Below are positions 58,153-64,000 of a stretch of DNA of 64,000 bases, in pieces. This stretch comes from a virus (taxonomy: Duplodnaviria > Heunggongvirae > Uroviricota > Caudoviricetes). Positions within the stretch are counted from its first letter, which is position 1, and the number at the start of each line of letters is the position of its first letter. A program made the position numbers and the translations under genes. The DNA is taken from positions 323,539-387,538 of the IMG/VR virus record IMGVR_UViG_3300028888_000044, one strand, 5' to 3'. Under the pieces are notes generated by a model. The model saw only the letters and a list, made by a program, of their open reading frames with translations, did not search any database and was not told the origin of the DNA.

Positions 58153-58163
58153 ATTAATTAATC

Positions 58164-58367
58164 TTAAGTAGCGTGTTTAAAGAATTTACGGATTACTATC
58201 CAATACGTGCACACTAAAGTGAATACAGCAATCCAATGCTCAACATAAAGGAATTTAATGTCTTCGTTAGAAAAATCCTTGCAAATAAAATTACGGATTA
58301 TTACTAAAGCAAAGCACACAATATACATTACAAATAAAAATATTTGTTGCCAAGGTTTAATACTCAT
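58164..58367 (-). CDS. small membrane protein
   Basis: Two TM helices. Confidence 0.4.
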   Translation of the reverse strand: MSIKPWQQIFLFVMYIVCFALVIIRNFICKDFSNEDIKFLYVEHWIAVFTLVCTYWIVIRKFFKHAT

Positions 58368-58440
58368 ATTATTATATTTTTTTATTCGTTATCATTGGTT
58401 ATGTAATTGCATAGGCAAATCAATGCAAGAATTACTAATA

Positions 58441-58632
58441 TTATACTAAGCATATTACTTCCAATTTAATGTCTCTTTCTCGATTTAACATATCAATGAA
58501 CTCTTGAATGGAAATTTCCTTTATTTCTGTATATGATTCACTATGATTGCGTTTGCAAGTCAAACAGCATCTGTCACATTCTATAATTGTACCGAAAGGC
58601 ATACAATCATAACGAGTAATTTTAACTGTCAT
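58441..58632 (-). CDS. small Cys-rich protein
   Basis: CDRCCLTCKRNH. Confidence 0.4.
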   Translation of the reverse strand: MTVKITRYDCMPFGTIIECDRCCLTCKRNHSESYTEIKEISIQEFIDMLNRERDIKLEVICLV

Positions 58633-58644
58633 TTGTATCGAAAA

Positions 58645-58890
58645 TTAGAAAATTACAGCTCTATCTATCAATAGTGTGGAATCGTCAGTAGAAAAGACTT
58701 GTTTCCCATTAAAGAAATGTTCACATCCAAGTTCGCAGATGGACATTATTTTCCTTTGGGCAGAAGTTCCATAATCAGAATTAGATAGATTATTTTCAAG
58801 CATTTTCGCAGCATTATCAAACGAATTGGATACAACATAAAATGTACCCAATCCATTTGTTGTTATTCTATACAATTTAATATCACTCAT
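58645..58890 (-). CDS. hypothetical protein
   Basis: ORF 81 aa. Confidence 0.45.
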   Translation of the reverse strand: MSDIKLYRITTNGLGTFYVVSNSFDNAAKMLENNLSNSDYGTSAQRKIMSICELGCEHFFNGKQVFSTDDSTLLIDRAVIF

Positions 58891-59026
58891 CGTTTAAAAT
58901 TTTTCCAGTTTTCAAAACTCATCATCATAAAATAATATTTATCGAATGACTTTATTTGAAACCATACGCGATTATTACTATTATTGCCTTGGATAAAATA
59001 TGCCCCATATATCTTATTATTAACAT

Positions 59027-59398
59027 CTATAACAGAATCTTCATTGATTTTATCACATCCACAACACTGATAATTTGGATGAAAAGTAAAATAATAACAA
59101 GAAAATTGAAATTTTCCTTAATGGTTTCAGCGTTATAACTATCGTGGTCAGTTACCAACAACTTGAAAACCTTTCCACTTATAGTGTCAATATATACGTT
59201 TACATTATGATATAAGTAATTACCAAAAAAGTATTCACGATTATTAAGGTGCTTTGGTACAAAACCTTTTTGGTATAGCTGTTTCTTGACAGTTTCATAA
59301 GAGCCATCAATTGGGATACCATTGAATGTGATTATATTTTGGCTAAATGAAACTAGATTACAGAATAGAAATGTTAATAATAAGAATATATGTTTCAT
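59027..59398 (-). CDS. secreted hypothetical protein
   Basis: Signal peptide MKHIFLLLTFLFCNLVSFSQ. Confidence 0.5.
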   Translation of the reverse strand: MKHIFLLLTFLFCNLVSFSQNIITFNGIPIDGSYETVKKQLYQKGFVPKHLNNREYFFGNYLYHNVNVYIDTISGKVFKLLVTDHDSYNAETIKENFNFLVIILLFIQIISVVDVIKSMKILL

Positions 59399-59411
59399 TT
59401 AAATTACCGAT

Positions 59412-59753
59412 TTATGCATTAACTGGATAATCTTCTCTCCAATACTTTGTAGATTCAGATGTTTCTTCAACTTCTTTGTCGGAATTCATATATTCAACAA
59501 ATTTACCTTCATCGAAACCAAAACTAAAATTACTGAAAAATTTACCAAAATACAAAAGAGCTTTTTTAATTGTCGCAGTTTTACCTTGCTTGACACCTTT
59601 GTTAAGGACATCCGTCAATGTATCTCCAGTTGGATTATCTACGCATTCTTGTGCGGCAGAAATATATGCATCAATGGCGGCATCATATGCCGCTTGATTA
59701 TATTTGTACTTAGAGGCAAAAGCTTTTGCCTTTTCGGTAATAACGTCTCGCAT
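59412..59753 (-). CDS. hypothetical protein
   Basis: ORF 113 aa. Confidence 0.45.
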   Translation of the reverse strand: MRDVITEKAKAFASKYKYNQAAYDAAIDAYISAAQECVDNPTGDTLTDVLNKGVKQGKTATIKKALLYFGKFFSNFSFGFDEGKFVEYMNSDKEVEETSESTKYWREDYPVNA

Positions 59754-59772
59754 ATTTTTTTTTCAAATATTG

Positions 59773-60141
59773 TTAGAAGTCTTGATGTTGAGTGAGTTCA
59801 ATATCATCAAGCAATTTACGAATGTTAACACCCTTTCTAGCCGCATCCTCAAGAATTTCCTTAACCTTTGCGGTCTGTTCTTCATCAAGTTCACTCTTAC
59901 GAGCTTCAACGAGTGTTAGCAAGTGGTCTTCAAACTTTTCAACAGCTTCCTTAGTATCCATTGTATTAAGAACACTCTCAATTGCATTTAGGCAAATGTC
60001 GTTTACATTGACACGTTTGCCAAAATCAGCGGCCTTGTCCTTGAACTGTTCACTCACTTCTGTTGCAGTCTTTGCTGCGGATGAAATAAGCTCTTGCATA
60101 CGAGCATTCAATTCATCAAAATTAATCTTAAAATTTTTCAT
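59773..60141 (-). CDS. hypothetical helical acidic protein
   Basis: ORF 122 aa. Confidence 0.45.
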   Translation of the reverse strand: MKNFKINFDELNARMQELISSAAKTATEVSEQFKDKAADFGKRVNVNDICLNAIESVLNTMDTKEAVEKFEDHLLTLVEARKSELDEEQTAKVKEILEDAARKGVNIRKLLDDIELTQHQDF

Positions 60142-60192
60142 AATTTAACTTATTGTTTAAAAAAGTGAATAATTTGTTGTATACATAGTATC

Positions 60193-60636
60193 TTAATTTA
60201 AATACATAACACCACCTTGAGGTGAAATATAACAATCAAAAACATAATTTGAGTATTTAACCCTCCACGCATCAGATGTTACCCAAAGGTTTTTTTGAGC
60301 AAATTCATCAATTTGTGAAATAAAGTCAGAATAGCTTAAATTACTTCTTAAAATTTTAGCTAATGAAACGAATGTTTCTTTATTAAATGTTGTAGCATAA
60401 TAAGGTTGATATAAAGTATGAATTGCATGCTTGCCATAAATATTTATTTCAATTTTATCATTTAAACATGAAATGTCAAAATGATATGTATCAAATGCCC
60501 TTCCTATAAAAACTTTTTGACCATCAATAAAATATTTAGCTGATATTTTTTCTGCAAGTTTATTTAAAAATTCCAATTGTGTCATATAATTGTATGATTT
60601 GTACTGTGAGTATATAGTAAAAAAAATAAAAAACAA
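60193..60636 (-). CDS. hypothetical protein
   Basis: ORF 147 aa. Confidence 0.45.
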   Translation of the reverse strand: MFFIFFTIYSQYKSYNYMTQLEFLNKLAEKISAKYFIDGQKVFIGRAFDTYHFDISCLNDKIEINIYGKHAIHTLYQPYYATTFNKETFVSLAKILRSNLSYSDFISQIDEFAQKNLWVTSDAWRVKYSNYVFDCYISPQGGVMYLN

Positions 60637-60721
60637 AAAAAATTGTAAAAAAAATCATCTTGAATTTTTTTTGATTACACATATATTTATATATATAATA
60701 TTTTTTAATTCAAATAAAACA

Positions 60722-61108
60722 ATGAATACAAGAAGGTTAATAAGAGAGTCAAGAAGATTTAGAAAAATGCTAGGTGAAGCATATGGTGATGATATGCCTC
60801 AAATGAGAGGTGGTCAAGGCCAAATGCCTAATGATGGCGCAATGCCTAACCAAGGTGGTCAAATGCAGCAGTCTATGAATGATGAATATATGGAGACAAA
60901 TGAGGGTGAAGCAAATGCGCCTTATGAGGAAGAAACTGAACACAACAATGTAATTGACCAAATCAGACAATTGGCTATCAAGGGTATTGCTCAATATGCA
61001 GATGATATTGAATCAGAGCAATATCAATCGTTAAAGAAGATTTGGCTTTTGACAGATAAGTTCTATGAAGGACTTGAAAACGAAGAAGGAAATAATGTTA
61101 AAAAATAA
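60722..61108 (+). CDS. hypothetical Gln/Gly-rich protein
   Basis: Start at MNTRRLIRESRRF; low-complexity GGQGQMPNDGAMPNQGGQMQQ. Confidence 0.45.
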   Translation: MNTRRLIRESRRFRKMLGEAYGDDMPQMRGGQGQMPNDGAMPNQGGQMQQSMNDEYMETNEGEANAPYEEETEHNNVIDQIRQLAIKGIAQYADDIESEQYQSLKKIWLLTDKFYEGLENEEGNNVKK

Positions 61109-61117
61109 GTAAATACA

Positions 61118-61573
61118 ATGGCTAAAAAGATAAGATTAACAGAAAACGAATTGCGTAATGTTGTTGCAGAGTCAGTAAAAAGAGTACTTAAGGAAATGGA
61201 GTATGGAACAGCTGGTTACGCATCTGGCAGAGCAGCTAGGCAAGCAGCAAACCCTAGTTTTGGTCAAAAAATAAATGACAGACTTGGTGGCATGTTCGGT
61301 AAAACTTCAGAAGACTATGCAAATCAGTCTGCAAGAATAAGACAAATGGGGTTAGAAAAAGCCAATGACGCTGATAAAAAATATTATGATAAGCAATGCC
61401 AATTAGACCCAACGTTCGCTGAAAAATTCCCTACTTTTAATGATTATAAATATAGAGGTTCTTCAAATACAGAAGATTTTAAATATAAATATGACAATGG
61501 TAGAAGTGGTGGTACATATTATAAACGAGGAATAGGGAATACAAATGATATTCCAAAGTTCGGTAATTCATAA
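61118..61573 (+). CDS. family D protein (N-terminal IRLTENELRNVVAESVKRVL)
   Basis: Shares N-terminal motif with 30673 and 35623 genes. Confidence 0.5.
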   Translation: MAKKIRLTENELRNVVAESVKRVLKEMEYGTAGYASGRAARQAANPSFGQKINDRLGGMFGKTSEDYANQSARIRQMGLEKANDADKKYYDKQCQLDPTFAEKFPTFNDYKYRGSSNTEDFKYKYDNGRSGGTYYKRGIGNTNDIPKFGNS

Positions 61574-61604
61574 AAATTAATTATAGATAAAATAGTTTAT
61601 TTGT

Positions 61605-62204
61605 ATGTCTTTACTTTTAAAAATACCAGAAAAATTTCAACCTATTAGATATATAGAAGAAGTTATATCACAATTTATCACAGAAGCTGTTGATAAAGTA
61701 ATAGATGATGATAGATATAATCATTGTGGATTTGAAATGCTTATTGGTATTCCAGGTTGCGGTAAATCAACATATATAAAAAAAATACAGATAGATAATG
61801 CTGATATTGTTGTTATAAGTCCAGATAATATTCGTAGAGAATTAACTAGCAATGTATCAGACCAATCACAAAATGTAAATGTTTGGAATATTGCGTTAGA
61901 AAAAATAATTCAGAACATTTCTAATGGCAAATATGTAATATTAGATGCAACAAATGTTAGCACTTATTATCGAACACAATTGCTTAATAACATAAAAAAT
62001 GCTGTCGGTAATAACGTTAAAACATATGCAACTGTATTTTATAGTGACCCAGATATATCCAAAAAAAGAATATCAACAGATATTGCAAATGGTATAGATA
62101 GAGCCAATGTTCCATATGAAATCATTGATAAGATGTATGAAGATTATTTGGAAACATTGCAAACTATTAAAACAGAAGGTTTTGATAAAATATTTTGGCA
62201 ATGA
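61605..62204 (+). CDS. P-loop kinase, polynucleotide 5'-kinase-like
   Basis: Walker A LIGIPGCGKSTY near N-terminus; ILDATN Walker B-like; size and layout like the Pnk kinase domain. Confidence 0.5.
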   Translation: MSLLLKIPEKFQPIRYIEEVISQFITEAVDKVIDDDRYNHCGFEMLIGIPGCGKSTYIKKIQIDNADIVVISPDNIRRELTSNVSDQSQNVNVWNIALEKIIQNISNGKYVILDATNVSTYYRTQLLNNIKNAVGNNVKTYATVFYSDPDISKKRISTDIANGIDRANVPYEIIDKMYEDYLETLQTIKTEGFDKIFWQ

Positions 62205-62223
62205 TATATATTTATTATTATAA

Positions 62224-62262
62224 TTAACAAAAAAAGACCAAGATTTATGTCTTGGTCTTTTT
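62224..62262. terminator. bidirectional terminator
   Basis: aaaaaaagaccaagatttatgtcttggtcttttttt. Confidence 0.65.
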
Positions 62263-62496
62263 TTGTTTATTTATCAATTCTTTTTCTTGATAATCAAATT
62301 TCTCAATCTTGTATTCTGTTTTTCTTTTTGTGCTTTTAGTAATTGATTTTGATTTGTCACAGCATTGTTTCAGAACTCCCTCCAATTCTTCGGCAGTGTC
62401 AGTTATTGGTGTAAAGGTCTCTTGGAACCACTTTGTCCAAGTGATTCCAGAGTTAGAGAAATATTCATATCTGCTTATAATCCTATATTTTTCCAT
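62245..62496 (-). CDS. hypothetical protein
   Basis: ORF 83 aa. Confidence 0.4.
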   Translation of the reverse strand: MEKYRIISRYEYFSNSGITWTKWFQETFTPITDTAEELEGVLKQCCDKSKSITKSTKRKTEYKIEKFDYQEKELINKQKKTKT

Positions 62497-62762
62497 ACAT
62501 TATAAAATGTATATAGTAAATATTGGAAAATAAAGAGTTATTCCTCCTTTTTCTTGAATTTCTTGACAATCCAATCCTTGATTGCCTTTATTTTGTCAAT
62601 TGCCTTGATTACGAACGATGGCAATTCATTTGTCTTATATGCTGTATAGATAATATAAGACAATAACAAAATGATTAAAATGTAAATTACTTTTGCCATA
62701 ATATAATGTTTTTTTTAATTCTTTATTGTTTAAGAATATTTATAAATAAATATTTCGTTTAA

Positions 62763-63905
62763 ATGAAAAAGGAAGAATTAATTGAAATAAAGAAAGATAA
62801 AACTGGTACTGGTTTGCTTATAGAGCACGATGGATATATCAAACCAAACAGTCAACTAATCAAGGAAAGTATGGATGGTGAATGGCATTGTCCATTTCCA
62901 TTCGTAGTTGATGCAGTATTTCAAAAGGCTGACGTAAAAAATGCGAATGGTCGTATTTATCCAAGAAAAATACTTGAAAGGGAAATTGAAAACTATCAGC
63001 AAAAAATACGTGAACATAGAGCACTAGGGGAATGTTATACACCATATGTATTAGTCTTATGCGTAGATGGTTGGAAATGTCTTTCTAGTATCACAGAAAA
63101 TGATTCTGTATTAACTTTAAACACATCTACCAACGAAATTGAAATCCAAAAAGTATCTAAAAAAATTGAATATGATTATGATGGTGAAATGATTAGGTTA
63201 GAAAGCAGTAACATATCAGATTTAGTTACACCAAATCATGGGTATCCAATATATAATGATAAAGATATTTTTGAAAATTTTTACACTGCTGAAGACATAT
63301 TTAATGGTAATATAAATAATATTGAAAAATGTTATATTCCTAAATTTGTCCCATCTTTTGCTAATTGTGTTTCATTAAACAAAAACAAATTAATGGTTAC
63401 AAAAGAAAATTATTGTGGGAAAGTAATGTGTATAGAAGTACCAAATCATACTTTTTACGTTATGTCAAATGGTAAATGCCATTGGAGTAAAAACTGCAAT
63501 CACCCTAGTGATTCCACTATAGACCTTGGAAGAATCAGTCATAACATCATTGAATTGCATTGGGAAGGAAATACAGTAGTAGGTAAGCTTGAATTGAATA
63601 TCAGTGAAGGTTTTAGAAGAAGTGGTATTTGCTCAACTCTTGGTGATACTGTTGCTAATCTTCTATTGAATGGCTATAAGATAGGTGTTTCGTCAAGAGC
63701 CGTAGGAAGCGTAGAACAGAAACTTGGTGTACTGATGGTTGGAGATGACCTAGAACTTATTTGTTGGGATGTGGTTAGCGACCCGTCAACTCCAGGAGCT
63801 TGGATTGGTGATAAAGAAGAACTTCAACAATATGTTGAGGAAAAGGAAAGTAAAAATTCTTTAATATCTGAAAAAATTAGTAAATTAAAAGATATTTTAA
63901 GTTAA
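62763..63905 (+). CDS. hypothetical protein with a possible mini-intein/Hint insertion
   Basis: Internal segment begins RALGE|CYTPYVLVLCVDG, has a TxxH block (LVTPNHGY) and an IEVPNHTFYV block, and ends ...WSKN|C, the order of intein blocks A, B, F and G. Confidence 0.45.
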   Translation: MKKEELIEIKKDKTGTGLLIEHDGYIKPNSQLIKESMDGEWHCPFPFVVDAVFQKADVKNANGRIYPRKILEREIENYQQKIREHRALGECYTPYVLVLCVDGWKCLSSITENDSVLTLNTSTNEIEIQKVSKKIEYDYDGEMIRLESSNISDLVTPNHGYPIYNDKDIFENFYTAEDIFNGNINNIEKCYIPKFVPSFANCVSLNKNKLMVTKENYCGKVMCIEVPNHTFYVMSNGKCHWSKNCNHPSDSTIDLGRISHNIIELHWEGNTVVGKLELNISEGFRRSGICSTLGDTVANLLLNGYKIGVSSRAVGSVEQKLGVLMVGDDLELICWDVVSDPSTPGAWIGDKEELQQYVEEKESKNSLISEKISKLKDILS

Positions 63906-64000
63906 TAGTTATGGCCGATAAGGATGATATTATAAAAATTCACAAAAAGATAAAATTCCAAACAATTTGTCCAATTTGTGACACAGAAATACATTTTTCA

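Noticed and set aside
1-64000. Possibility of stop-codon recoding (suppressor tRNAs, as in some crAss-like phages)
   Set aside because: Long ORFs (2381, 623, 506 and 445 aa) are uninterrupted under the standard code, and gene density is complete without reassignment. The odd tRNA-like pair is therefore not explained by genome-wide recoding.
1-64000. CRISPR arrays, integrase/attP, recognisable capsid/terminase/portal genes
   Set aside because: No regularly spaced direct repeats with unique spacers were found, and no tyrosine or serine recombinase motifs. I could not recognise structural or packaging proteins by eye in this window. The absence may only reflect the window's position in a large genome.

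Overview
This 64-kb window is AT-rich, densely packed with short genes, and looks like part of a large dsDNA bacteriophage genome. Most intergenic regions carry the Bacteroidota sigma-A '-7' promoter motif TAnnTTTG 25-60 nt upstream of start codons, so the host is probably in the Bacteroidota. Gene blocks switch strand repeatedly. Most of the roughly 110 ORFs are small proteins with no recognisable function, and many fall into tandem paralog arrays.

Features I can support from the sequence:
- Three tRNA-related loci on the minus strand. tRNA-Gln(UUG) is clear. A tandem pair of type-II tRNA-like genes has odd anticodon loops. A tRNA-Leu(UAA) gene is split at the U34/A35 position of the anticodon loop by a 781-nt group-I-like intron that encodes an HNH endonuclease.
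- An 0.8-kb GC-rich non-coding island next to tRNA-Gln, a candidate large structured RNA.
- An apparent RNA-repair gene set: an Rnl2-like RNA ligase, a second KxDG ligase, a P-loop polynucleotide-kinase-like protein, and two metallophosphoesterases.
- A nicotinate/nicotinamide phosphoribosyltransferase-like gene, an SF2 helicase, a SprT-like metalloprotease, an SPFH/band-7 protein, a GIY-YIG endonuclease, and HNH endonucleases.
- A TnpB C-terminal remnant.
- A 2381-aa protein built from three tandem ~800-aa modules followed by WG-repeat arrays.
- Reiterated intergenic elements. An 18-bp perfect palindrome GGTACTTAATTAAGTACC occurs 8 times. A conserved box TATCTTTGCAGCGAGGGAAAGAGCGTACAGC occurs 8 times. 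TGTTAAAT-N4-TGTTAAAG direct repeats sit upstream of promoters.

No CRISPR array, integrase or recognisable virion structural gene was found by eye. All functional calls rest on motifs I read myself and need database confirmation.
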